64,000 nt of DNA, taken from the NCBI RefSeq assembly GCF_009914755.1, contig NC_060940.1, one strand, 5' to 3'. Shown here piece by piece: positions 1-10,921 of the stretch (positions are counted from its first letter, which is position 1; each line of letters starts with the position of its first letter). The notes below the pieces were generated by a model, which was not told the origin of the DNA, did no database searches, and was given only the letters and a program-made list of their open reading frames with translations. A program made the position numbers and the translations under genes. The stretch is from the human T2T-CHM13v2.0 reference genome, Homo sapiens.

Positions 1-50
1 GCCTCCTGAAGTGTTGGGATTATAGGCGTGAGCCACCACACCCGGCCCGG
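1..50 (-). mobile_element. Alu 5' end (truncated by window edge)
   Basis: gtgttgggattataggcgtgagccaccacacccggcc. Confidence 0.85.
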
Positions 51-429
51 CCACTGGGAGGTTTCTAAGGGACTAACTCGGCCTCTTCACTTGCTATAGA
101 CGTACTGAGATTTTCTTCTGGAGTGCATTTCGGAAGCGTGCACAGCCGCGTGCTTGCTTCTTCTGAGTTATCTGGCGTGCTGCTGTGCAGTTGTCCGTGG
201 CGTCTGCTTAGCGAAGTGCCCTCGTTCTTTCACGATTCTGGCTTCTGAGTCTTCTCTCTTTCTCCCTGGTCAGTCTAGCTAAGGCTGCTCAAGTGTGTTG
301 ACCCTTCCCGAGCAGCCTTTGGTGGACGCCTTTCCCTCTGGCTGCAGCACTGGAAAGTGGCGGCTCTGGGCATGGTGCCGAGGCCCAGGCTCCATTCCCA
401 GTACTCCCCGGTCCCCAGCCCCAGCCCAC

Positions 430-556
430 CTTGCTCCGGGACATCCAGAAGAGAAAGAGGATGGCCAGGTAGACGGGATAGACAACCACGCTGGACACCA
501 GGCCAACAGCGACTGTGTCGACGCTCAGCGGGCTCAGCCTGGACACATGCCCCGTG
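430..556 (-). pseudogene. PKD1P6: Exon 30 (127 nt, TM3)
   Basis: TGHVSRLSPLSVDTVAVGLVSSVVVYPVYLAILFLFWMSRSK; cag|...|gtgggc. Confidence 0.95.
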
Positions 557-646
557 CTGTGTGGAGGAGAGGAGGCCACACAGGTGAGGCTGAGGGGCAG
601 GAAGGGCTGGGCAGGAAGAGGCTGTCCCGACCCCTACGGCACCCAC

Positions 647-857
647 CTGTAGGCAGAGTCACCAACAGCCCCGTACCACACGGCGTTGGCGCCCAGGAAG
701 AGGCAGATGAGGAGAACGCAGCAGGTGGCCCTCTGGATGCGAGTGAAACAGCTACGAGGCGGCCGGTCCCATATGGAGAGCCAGATGTGCTTGTCAAAGA
801 AGCCGCACTGCAGCTCAGCCACCAGCAGGCGCCGGAAGCGCAACAGGGCTGCGTGAC
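647..857 (-). pseudogene. PKD1P6: Exon 29 (211 nt, TM2)
   Basis: HAALLRFRRLLVAELQ...FLGANAVWYGAVGDSAY; tag|...|gtgggt. Confidence 0.95.
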
Positions 858-951
858 CTAGAAGGCAGGGAGGGCCGCACTGCAGGAGGCCACGGGGCAG
901 GACCACCCTGCCCAACCTCCCACGGAGTGGGAACATGGAACGAGGCCTTAC

Positions 952-1095
952 TCGCGGCCAGCACCTCCTTCTCCACCAGGCCCCCGTTGGCCTCCGTCTC
1001 CACCGAAAGCCAGTCATTGACCAGGAAGAAGGTGCTGTGTGCCGTCTGCAGGTCCCTGATGATGACGTGCTGCAGGAACCAGGCAGGGCTGAGCC
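952..1095 (-). pseudogene. PKD1P6: Exon 28 (144 nt, PLAT)
   Basis: LSPAWFLQHVIIRDLQT...VEKEVLAA; cag|...|gtaagg. Confidence 0.93.
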
Positions 1096-1181
1096 CTGCA
1101 GAGGCGCGGGAGGGAGGTCAGGCTCGCAGGGCGCCCCAACGCGGGGGCAGAGGGGCAGAGCTTGGCAGGGTCCGCACAGAC

Positions 1182-1349
1182 CTTTGTCGTGCCACACTCG
1201 GATCTTCCACACGCTACCCAGGCTGTGCGGGGTGGCGATCCGGAAGATGTCCAGGCTGTTGCGGTGGAAGGCTCTGTCGCCATCCAGGTGCCGGTGGCCG
1301 CTCCGGCTGTCCACCCCATACAGCATGATGCCCACGTGGGCCGTGGTAC
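1182..1349 (-). pseudogene. PKD1P6: Exon 27 (168 nt, PLAT; 3 nt shorter than recalled PKD1 exon)
   Basis: TTAHVGIMLYGVDSRSG...KIRVWHDK; donor gtctgt. Confidence 0.93.
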
Positions 1350-1597
1350 CTGGAGGGCAAGAGGGAGGGGTGGGAGGCTCGGTCTGCTGCCCAACACGTG
1401 TGGCATCCCAGGCAAGTCATCTCAGCTTTGGCCTCCGCGCACTCAAGGAGCCACACAGGCAGTCCCGGCTTTGCACGGCTCTGCCATACACGAGGAGCTG
1501 AGGTTACTGCAATTTGTCCAATAAACAGCAGGACCTCAAGGACATGATTAAGTTACATGGAAAGAACTGTAACTTGTGACATGCAAACATGGCTGCA

Positions 1598-1700
1598 CAC
1601 GCCTCAGTCCACACCACAACCAGTGACCCGCACTGCACACCTGTCCACGCCTCAGTCACGCCACAACCAGTGACCCGCACCACACACCCGTCCCTCAGTT
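1598..1700. repeat. ~49-bp tandem duplication in intron 26
   Basis: acgcctcagtc...ccacaaccagtgacccgcac..cacacc.gtcc x2. Confidence 0.8.
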
Positions 1701-1709
1701 CATGCATAG

Positions 1710-2064
<355 letters not shown>

Positions 2065-2146
2065 GACAGTTTTTAAAAGTAGGTAATCAAAAGAAAGAAC
2101 TGGGAAATGAAGATAAAAGCAGCACGGAAATAAAAAATGGGAACAC

Positions 2147-2410
2147 GGCCAGGTGTGGTGGCTCACACCTGTCATCCCAGCACTCTGGCAGGCCGAGGCA
2201 GGCGGATCACCTGAGGTCAGGAGTTCGCCTGGCTGACATGGTGAAAAATTAACTGGGTGTGGTGGCGTGCACCTGTACTCCCAGCTACTCAGGAGAATCG
2301 CTTAAGGGGAATCGCTTAAACCCAGGAGCTGGAAGTTGCTGTGAGCCAAGATCACGCCACTGCACTCCAGCCTGGGCAACAGAGCGAGACTCCGTCTCCA
2401 AAAAAAGAAA
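2147..2410 (+). mobile_element. Alu with internal deletions
   Basis: ggccaggtgtggtggctcacacctgt...gagactccgtctc + A tail. Confidence 0.88.
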
Positions 2411-2841
2411 AACGAAAACAAAAAGGGAATGCCAGAAGGGCAATTCCAATGAAAGGAAAATAGAGGTATTGAAGAAACAGCCACGGGGAGGGTGCTGGCG
2501 CCTCCGTCTGAGAGACGAGCTATGCAGTCAGGATCGCGGGTGGATGCACGGTCTCCCACAGTGGTAGCGATGCTCATGTCACTTGTGGGGCCACGCTACT
2601 GTGCAGAATGTGGGCTGCCCACCCTGACTGACTGGCACCTACTTCCAGCTAGGAGCTGTCCTAGTCCTCAGGGACAGTGAGTGCTCACGAGGTCATTCCC
2701 AGGATGAACACACGAGCCCTTCACACAGCACTGCAAAAACTGCCTTGTTCTGACGTCTGCGATGAGACTCACTCCCAGAGGGTGCAACCAGCACAGCCAG
2801 TGAGAGCAGGGGAGGCCCTGCCACCCCGCCGCGCCCCTCAC

Positions 2842-3037
2842 CTGAGCCCCGGCCCCAGCCTGTCTTGACGAGGATCTCGTACTTGAAGCGGCCCCGCTGC
2901 CCACAGAAGGGGATGGCGCGGCCCCGGCTGGCATCCAACTGGTCCAGCTTGTGCAGGATGGCGGCCATGACCATGTAGGTCACCAGGCACACAGCACATG
3001 TCAGCATGACGATGTAGTTTACATCCGCTGTCGGCTC
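2842..3037 (-). pseudogene. PKD1P6: Exon 26 (196 nt, TM1 and PLAT start)
   Basis: EPTADVNYIVMLTCAVCLVTYMVMAAIL...KTGWGRGS. Confidence 0.95.
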
Positions 3038-3095
3038 CTGTGAGGACACAGCCGCCGGGCCCAGGAGGTCACGTGCAAGCTGTGCCTTCTCAGGA
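3038..3095 (-). ncRNA. miR-6770-like hairpin at the 3' end of intron 25
   Basis: Minus strand TGAGAAGGCACAGCTTGCACGTGA...GGCGGCTGTGTCCTCACAG matches recalled miR-6770 arms (3p arm with ~2 differences). Confidence 0.55.
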
Positions 3096-3161
3096 TAGAG
3101 CCGAGCCCACCCAGGCCCTCCTCGACTCTGCAGAGGCTCCCAGGAGCACAGGGTCACTCAC

Positions 3162-3414
3162 AGGAAACACAAAGCGTACATGGCTTGGGGGCACGAAGAG
3201 GCTGGCGCCGAAGGCGGTGAGGTGGCGGGTGAGGCAGACGGCCTGGCGGGGCGAGGTCTCCTCCAGGGGCAGCAGCCCCTCTGTCCGCCACACCACGTCC
3301 TCCTCGCTGAAGTACTGGCACAGGGACGTGTACAGGCCCACGGACACCTCCAGCGCCGACAGGCGGAAGTGGCTGGAGAGGTTCAGACGGTAACTCCCCA
3401 CTGGGTCTCTGGTC
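3162..3414 (-). pseudogene. PKD1P6: Exon 25 (253 nt, GPS/GAIN cleavage motif)
   Basis: SLCQYFSEEDVVWRTEG...CLTRHLTAFGASLFV. Confidence 0.95.
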
Positions 3415-3594
3415 CTGGGCAGGGAAGGGGCAGTGGACGTGAGCCCAGGCTCCGCCAGGTTGGATATCGGAGTCCCAGAGCCCATACCCGGTCCAGTCCC
3501 CTCGCTGCCTGCCGTCCCCACAGGGCCTGTAACCCGGGCAATGCTGACCCATGATGCCCTGCCCTGCCCTGCCAGGCCGGCCCGCAGAGCTCAC

Positions 3595-3751
3595 CCCGGG
3601 GAAATGAAGAAGGTGTAGGGCCGGTGGTCGGCACCCTGGAGGGACTCTGGGCGGATCCTCCTGCTAGCCGAGCAGTTGTGCTCATTGGGCCGGGGCTCCG
3701 AGTGCAGGTAGACTGCCAGGTAGGGCTCGGGTTCCTCAGACAGGTAGCGGC
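3595..3751 (-). pseudogene. PKD1P6: Exon 24 (157 nt)
   Basis: RYLSEEPEPYLAVYLHSEPRPNEHNCS...YTFFISP; cag|...|gtgagc. Confidence 0.93.
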
Positions 3752-4046
3752 CTGGGGCAGAACGCGCAGGTCACACGCCTGCTGGGAAGCTCAACCACCC
3801 GGGGGACACCCACGATGGCCCTCCTGAGCCCACCCTCTGCCACGGGCCTGAAAGGCCATAGGAGCCTCTGCACCAGAGCTGGCACCTGCTTCTCCGTGGC
3901 CCCCAGCTCCTCTCCGGCCAGGCCCCCAGCAGCCCATGAAACAGAAAGCAAATTTCACCAGAGACACCCATGGAAGCCCTACGAGAAACGCCTTCCCCCC
4001 AAGAACAAGGCCAGGGGGCCGCGTGTGCCTCACCCGCTGCACGCAC

Positions 4047-4667
4047 CGTCCAGCAGCGTATAGTTGAGCTGCAGATGCAGCACGGCCGCAGGGTTGCTGC
4101 TGTCCAGGGTGACCACAGCACCGACGGAGGCCTGGGGCTGGACCACAACGGAGTTGGCAGAGCTGCGGTGGCCCCGGGCAGCCCAGTCCGAGTTGTTGGG
4201 CACCTTCACGGTGATGGCGCGCTCTGAGGCCAGCCGCTCGATGGGGATCTGGGCGCCGGCCTGTGTCTGGAACGCCATCGAGGCCACCTTGGTGGAGACG
4301 GTGTAGTTGCTGATATAGCCAAAGGGAAAGGGATTGGAGTCCACCAGAAAGATGAGCTGCACCACGTCACTGAGGTTAGCCGGGGCCCTGCTGAAAGCCT
4401 AGGGGATGGAGAAGTGGCAGCCAGGCCCTGGGGCGCCGCCATAGCACAGCAGGCTCCGCGGGTCCGAGCGCTTGCCCTGGGCCACGATCTCCTCGCCCGC
4501 CAGTGTCAGGGGCTCCTCGTTGAGCACGCGGGAGCGCGTGAGGATGCGCATGAGGGCAGAGGTCAGGTTGTAGGCCTGGGACGCCACCATCCGCGATGGT
4601 GACTCGGCTCCCAGCTCTGAGCGCTGTGGTGCCCGCACGTCTGAGCTGGCCAGGTGGATGAGGTCTC
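4047..4667 (-). pseudogene. PKD1P6: Exon 23 (621 nt; TAG at 4399-4401; 9 nt shorter than recalled PKD1 exon)
   Basis: DLIHLASSDVRAP...GCHFSIP*AFSRA...NYTLLD. Confidence 0.95.
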
Positions 4668-4694
4668 CTGCAGACAGACGTGAGGTCAGTGCAG

Positions 4695-5315
4695 AGACAG
4701 GGAGGCAGAGGGAGGGTGGGGGCAGGCAAAAAGGGGGAGCCGGAGGGTGGGGGCTGGGAGAAAGGGGGAACCTGAGGGGGCAGAGAGCGAGGTGCAGGCA
4801 GAAGAAAGGGGGAAGCTGGAGAGAGAGTGGTGGAGGGGGGAGGGGGAAGGGGATGGGGATGAGGACGAAGATGAGGGGGATGATGGGGAGAGGGAGGAAA
4901 AAGGAAGGAAAAGGGTAGAGAAAAGAGAAAGGGGAGAAGAGGAGGAGCAGGGGGATAAGGGAGGGGAAGGGGGATAAGGGGATAAGGGAGGGGAAGGAGG
5001 ATAAGGGGGATAAGAAAGATGAGGGGAATGGACAAAAGGACGGGGAGGATCGGGGGGGAAATGGAGAAAAGGGGAGAGAGATGGAGAAAAGGGATGGTAA
5101 TAGGGAAGGGGGAGGGGGAGGAGAATGGGAATTGGGGGAGGGGGATAAGGATGGGAATTGGGGGAGGGGGATAAGGATGGGAATTGGGGGAGCGGGATGA
5201 GGATGGGAATTGGGGGAGGGGGATGAGGATGGGAATTGGGGGGAGGGGAGGGGGACGAAGATGGGATGGGGCAAAGGCGAGGCGGTTGTGGGGAGGAGGG
5301 AGGCAGAGGAAAGGG
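4695..5315. repeat. Intron 22 polypurine(+)/polypyrimidine(-) tract
   Basis: Near-pure G/A on + strand; ~5 copies of GGGAATTGGGGGAGGGGGATRAGGAT at 5128-5245. Confidence 0.95.
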
Positions 5316-5376
5316 CGGCATGGGGCGGACGGGCCACGTGGGGCGGGCGGGTGGCGTGGGCCACAGGCCACGGCAC

Positions 5377-5521
5377 CTGTGATGTTGAGGATGCTGTCTC
5401 CGATGGCGGTGGGCGTCACGGTGCCCGCGGTGGTCTCTGCCTGCAGGATGCGCATCATGGCCTCCAGCTTGTGCAGCGTCTGCTTCAGGCACGAGCGGCA
5501 TACGAGCTCCCTGCTGGGCCC
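5377..5521 (-). pseudogene. PKD1P6: Exon 22 (145 nt), between the two polypurine tracts
   Basis: GPSRELVCRSCLKQTL...GDSILNIT; cag|...|gtgccg. Confidence 0.95.
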
Positions 5522-5756
5522 CTGTGTGGAGCCAGCAGTGTCCAGCCCCGCTCCTGGCCCCACTCCTTGCACACGCCCTCCTCTCTACACGGGTCCTCAC
5601 CTGGCTCCCACCTCCAGCCCTGCAGCTGGAGAGCCCACTTGACTGGACCCCCCCAGTCTCCTCACTAAGCATTTTCTGTGGCTCTGCATGACCCACGGCC
5701 TCCACTTGGGGACCACGTGATGCAGCCCACCGACCACACAAGGCACCTCTTCACAT

Positions 5757-8700
5757 GAGAGGAGAAGGAGGGGAGAGGGGAGAGAGGAGAGGGGAGTGGA
5801 GAAAAGGGGGGAGAGGAGAGGGAAGGACAGAGAAGGGGGAGAGGAGAGGGAAGGAGGAGAGGAGAGGGAAGGGGTAGAGGAGAGGGGAGGGGAGAGAAGG
5901 GGGAGAGGAGAGGGGAGGGGAGAGAAGGGGGGAGGGGAGAGGGGAGGGGAGAGAAGGGGGAGAGGAGAGGGGAGGGAAGAGGAGAGGGGAGGGGAGAGAA
6001 GGGGGGAGGGGAGAGAAGGGGGGAGGGGACAGGGGAGAGGAGAGGGGAGAGAAGGGGGGAGAGGGGAGGGGAGAGAAGGGGGAGAGGGGACGGGAGAGAA
6101 GGGGGAGAGGAGAGGGGAGGGAAGAGGAGAGGGGAGGGAAGAGGAGAGGGGAGGGGAGAGAAGGGGGGAGGGGAGAGAAGGGGGGAGGGGACAGGGAAGA
6201 GGAGAGGGGAGAGAAAGGGGGAGAGGGGAGGGAGAGAAGGGGGAGAGGGGAGGGGAGAGAAGGGGGAGAGGGGAGGGGAGAGAAGGGGGGAGAGGGGAGG
6301 GGAGAGAAGGGGGGAGAGGGGAGGGGAGAGAAGGGGGAGAGGGGAGGGGAGAGAAGGGGGGAGAGGGGAGGGGAGAGAAGGGGGAGGGGAGAGAAGGGGG
6401 GAGAAGGGAGGGGAGAGAAGGGGGAGGGGAGAGGGGAGGGGAGAGAAGGGGAGAGGGGAGGGGACAGGGGAGGGGAAAGGGGGAGAGAAGGGGAGAGGGG
6501 AGGGGACAGGGGAGGGGAAAGGGGGAGAGAAGGGGGAGAAGGGAGGGGAGAGAGGAGGGGAGAGAAGAGGGAGGGGAGAGAAGAGGGAGAGGGGAAGGGA
6601 GAGAAGGCAGAGAGAAGGGGGAGACAGGGGAGGGGAGAGAAGGGGGAGAGAGGGGAGGGGAGAGAAGGGGGAGAGAGGGGAGGGGAGAGAAGGGGGGAGA
6701 GGGAAGGGGAGAGAAGGGGGAGAAAGGAGAGGGAAGAGGAGGGGAGGGGAAGAGGGGAAAGGGGAGGGATGAGGAGGGGAGGGGAAGAGGAAAGGGGAAG
6801 AGGGGAGGGAAGAGGAGGGGAGGGGAAGAGGAGGGGAGGGGAAGAAGAGGGGAGGGGAAGAGGAGAGGGAAGAGGAGGGGAGAAGAGGAGGGGAGAAGAG
6901 GAGGGGAGGGGAGGAGGGGAGGGAAAGAGAAGGGGAGGGGAGGAGGGTAGGGAAAGAGGAGGGGAGGGGAGGAGGGTAGGGAAACAGGAGGGGAGAGGAG
7001 GAGGGGAGAGGAAGAAGGGAGGGAAGAGGTGGGGAGAAGAAGAGGGGAGGGAAGAGGTGGGGAGAGGAAGAGGGGAGGGAAGATGTGGGGAGAGGAAGAG
7101 GGGAGGGAAGAGGTGGGGAGAGGAAGAGGGGAAGGAAGAGGAGGGGAGGAGAAGGAAGAGGAGGGGAGGGGAAGAGGAGGGAAGGGAAAGAGGAGGAGAG
7201 GGGAAGAGGGGAGGGAAGAGAAGGGGAGGGAAGAGGAGGGGAGGGGAAGACGGGAGGGGAGGGGAAGACGGGAGACGAAGAGAAGGGGAGGGGAAGAGAA
7301 GGGGAGGGGAAGAGGGGAGGGAAGAGGAGGGGAGGGGAAGAGAGGAGGGAAGAGGAGGGGAGGGGAAGGGGAGGGAAGAGGAGGGGAGCGGAAGAGGGGA
7401 GGGAAAGAGGAGGGGAGGGGAAGAGGACGGGAGGGGAAGAGGAGGGGAGGGGAAGAGGAGGGGAGGGGAAGAGAGAAAAGAAAAGGAGAGAGGAAAAGGA
7501 AGAGGAGGGGAGAGGAAAGAAAGGGGAAAGGAAGAAGAAAGGGGAGGAGAAAGGAAGGGGAAAGTGGAAGGGAAAAGAAGAGAAAAAGACAAAAGGAGGA
7601 GGGGAGGAAAGGAGGAGGAAGGAAAAGAGGGGAGAAGGGAAGGAAGGAGAACAGGGGAGAAGGGAAGGGAGGAAAACAGGGGAGAAGGGAAGGGAGGAAA
7701 GAAGGAGAGAAAGGGAGGGAGGAGAGGAGGGGAGAGGGGGAGAAGGGGAGGGAGAACAGGAGGGGAGAAGGGGAGGGAGGACAGGAGGGGAAAAGGGGAG
7801 GAGAGGAAGAGAAAAGGGGAAAAGGGGAGGAGAGGAGAGGAGAAGGGGAGGAGAGGAGAAGGGGAGGAGATGAGGGGGGAGGAGAGGAGAGGAGGAGAGG
7901 AGAGGAGGAGAGGAGAGGAGGAAGGGAGGGAGGAGGAGGGAAAAAGGGAAGGGGGAGGGGAGAGAAGGAGGAGAAGGGGAAGGGGGATGGGGAGGAGAAG
8001 GGGAAGGGGGATGGGGAGGAGAGGGGAGGAGGGGGAAGGAGGGGGAGGGAGGAGAGGAGGAGGGAAGGAGAGGAGGGGGAGGGGAGAGAGGAGGGGGATG
8101 AGGGGAGGAGAGGAGGGGGATGAGGGGAGGAGAGGAGTGGGGAGGAGAGGAGGGGAGGGGAGAGGAGAGGAGGGGAGAGAAGGAGGGGAGAGAAGGGGAG
8201 GAGAGGAGGGGAGAGAAGGGGAGGAGAGGAGGGGGGATGGGAGGAGGGGAGGATGGGGGATGGGAGGAGGGGAGGAGGAAGGAGGGGAGGAGAGGAGGGG
8301 GGATAGGAGGAGGGAAGGAGAGGAGGGAAGGAGAGGAAGGGGATGAGGAGGGAAGGAGAGGAGAGAAGGAGAGGAGGGGGATGAGGAGGGAAGGAAAGGA
8401 GGGGGATGAGGGGGGGATGAGAGGAGCAGGGAGGAGAGAAGGGGGGTGGGAGGAGGGGAGGAGATGGGGGGAATGGGAGGAGGAAGGAGGGGAGGATGGG
8501 GAGAGGAAGGAAAAGAGGGAAGGAGGGAAGAAGGGGAGAAGGGGAGAAAGGGAGAAGGGGAGGGAGGAGAGTAGGGGAGGGAGGAGAGGAGAGGAGGGGA
8601 GAAGGGGAGGAGAGGAGGGGAGAAGGGAAGGAGAGGAGAGGAGAGCAGGGGGAGGAGGGAGAAAGGGAAGGGGGAGGGGAGAGAAGGGGAACGGGGAGGA

Positions 8701-9303
8701 AGGATAGGAGGAGGGATGGGAGGAGGGAGGAGGGGAGGAGGGAGGAGGGGGAGGAGAGGAGGGGGAGGAGGGGAGGGGGGAGGAGGGGGAGGGGAGGAAG
8801 GGGGGGGAGGAGGGAGGAAGGGGGGGAGGAGGGAGGAGGGGGAGGATGGGGAGGAGCGGAGGAGGGAGGAAGGGGAGGAGGGGGAGGAGGGAGGAGGGGA
8901 GGAGGGAGGAGGGGGAGAATGAGGAGGAGGGGAGGAGGAAGGAGTGGGAAGAGGGAGGAGGAGGAGGGGGAGGAGGGAGGAGGGGAGGGGGGAGAGGGGA
9001 GGAAGGGGGAGGAGGGGAGGGGGAGGAGGGGAGGAGGGGAGGAAGGGGGAGGGGAGGAAGGGGGAGGGGAGGGGCTAGGGGAGGGAGGGGCTGGGGGAGG
9101 AGTGGAGGGGCTCAGCGGGAGGAAGTGAGGGGAAGGTCTAGGGGAGGGGAGGAGGAGAAGGGCTAGCGGAGGGGAGGGGAGGGGGCAGGGGCTAGGGGAG
9201 GGGGGAGGGGCAAGGGGAGGGAGGGGGAGGGGAGGGGTTAGGGGAGGGAAGGGGCAGGGGAGGGGCTAGGGGAGGGAAGGGGGAGGGGAGGGGAGAGTGG
9301 AAG
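5757..9303. repeat. Intron 21 polypurine/polypyrimidine tract (~3.5 kb)
   Basis: Continuous G/A on + strand with few pyrimidine interruptions; a known hallmark of human PKD1 intron 21. Confidence 0.98.
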
Positions 9304-9567
9304 GCACAGAACAGCATCTTCTTAGTCCCTCCCCACATCTGGGCCCCTCTTTACACCCTGGGTCCCCCGAGAGGCACCCTGCGTTCACACAGGACAGCAG
9401 AAAGGCTGAGGCTACTGAAGCAGGTCAGAGACCGAGGAACGCCATGGCATGAAGGAGCCCAGGCTGGAGGCTCAGCTCCTCGGCCAAGCTGCCCGTCTGC
9501 CCTGGGGGGCTGAACCCAGTACCCTGGCAGGCATGCGGGGCGGGGTGAGCATGTGGGGCCATCCTAC

Positions 9568-9720
9568 CATGCACTGGGCCAGCGCAGCAGCGATCTGCTG
9601 GATGTCATCCACAGTGTGGACCCTCAGGGACACCAGAGTCTCCGTGATGTTCTTGCGTATCTGGGCTCGGCGCTGCCGCTCGTGCTTGGGCTCTGCCGCC
9701 ACGTCCAGGGCCCGCTCGTA
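9568..9720 (-). pseudogene. PKD1P6: Exon 21 (153 nt)
   Basis: YERALDVAAEPKHERQ...AALAQCM; cag|...|gtagga. Confidence 0.95.
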
Positions 9721-10110
9721 CTGGGGCAGGCAGGCGGCACAGCAAGCTGTCAGCAGGGCAGGAGACCGGCAGGAGGCCAGCAGATGCCCACGACTCCCGG
9801 GGTGCAGTTACGTGCTAGATGCTGTGTGATGTGGGCATTGACCCGCAACACTGAGCTGTTTCTTCATGGGCAAAACAGGGTAAGCACATGGGCCCTCCTG
9901 GGCGGGGGCTGCATTGTGGAAAGCAGACGCCGGAGAGGGCCCGGTGGGTGTGGCTGCTGGGAGCGGAACGTCGGGGTGCTGCTTCAGGGTCACTGGGATT
10001 TATCTCTGGGGCCCGGGATAAGCCCTCCGCAAAGCTCCAGGCAGGGGTACAGGTCTTGGTCCCCAGCACGCATGCAGCAGATGTGAGGTCCCCTGCCAGG
10101 CTGCACTCAC

Positions 10111-10270
10111 CTCGTTCAGGACGGTGACCAGGGCCAGCGAGTACTCGATGACGTGCTGGGGATCGGCCTGCCGCAGCAGCCCCGGGAGCACACTAGCGGT
10201 GAGCCCGTGCAGCCAGACTGTGAGCCCCATTGCGCTGCCGTTGGGCTCTGGGAGGGTGATGGCCAGAGAC
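10111..10270 (-). pseudogene. PKD1P6: Exon 20 (160 nt)
   Basis: SLAITLPEPNGSA...ALVTVLNE; tag|...|gtgagt. Confidence 0.95.
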
Positions 10271-10336
10271 CTACGAGCAGAGGGGGGTGGTGAGCAGGTG
10301 GCAGTCTCGGGGGCGCCCTCCCACGGCCTGGCTCAC

Positions 10337-10550
10337 CTGTTGAGGGCGACCACAGCGGCTCCCAGCTGGTCCTGCACCACCACGGCCAGGCCCACCTCGA
10401 AGTGTGGCCTGAAACCCGGGGGCAGCACGGCTCCGTAGCCGGAGAGGCTGCCCTTGTAGACACAGAACTCCTCGCAGTGGCCCTGGCGACAGCGCTGCAG
10501 CAGCAGGGCGTACACCAGCGGGGCGCCAGCATCCTCCGCGTCATGCCAGC
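10337..10550 (-). pseudogene. PKD1P6: Exon 19 (214 nt)
   Basis: WHDAEDAGAPLVYALLL...AVVALNR; canonical junctions. Confidence 0.95.
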
Positions 10551-10641
10551 CTGAGGGACGGTCCCCATGGCATCACGGGAGGGCTCCGTGACGTCACAGT
10601 CGGGGGATCCCGCTGCTCCCCCTAAGCAGGCCTGTACTCAC

Positions 10642-10921
10642 CCGTGCATTCGAAGTGCACCTTGGTGGTGAGGGCGTGCACAGCGCCCAGTGGGAAGAGG
10701 CGGCAAGAGCCCCCCAGCGGCGGGCGGTTGGGGGACAGGGGGATGGAGGCGCAGCCCTCCTCCTCGCCAGAGCGGCCCAGCACCGTCAGCGTGAAGGTGT
10801 ATCCCTCGCCGTCCCGCAGCACGCCCCGCCGCAGCACCAGTCACATGCCTGCGCTGCCCGTGGATGTGGTGGTCTCATCCAGCACCAGTGTCTTGTTGCT
10901 GAACGTACGTGCAGCCCACCG
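10642..10921 (-). pseudogene. PKD1P6: Exon 18 (280 nt; in-frame TGA at 10841-10843)
   Basis: RWAARTFSNK...GSAGM*LVLRRGVLRDGEG...FECT. Confidence 0.95.

Noticed and set aside
4376-9166. Long ORFs (up to 613 aa; Pro/Ser/Leu- or Gly/Glu/Arg-rich)
   Set aside because: Artefacts of purine/pyrimidine tracts that cannot easily form stop codons; mostly non-ATG starts and low complexity
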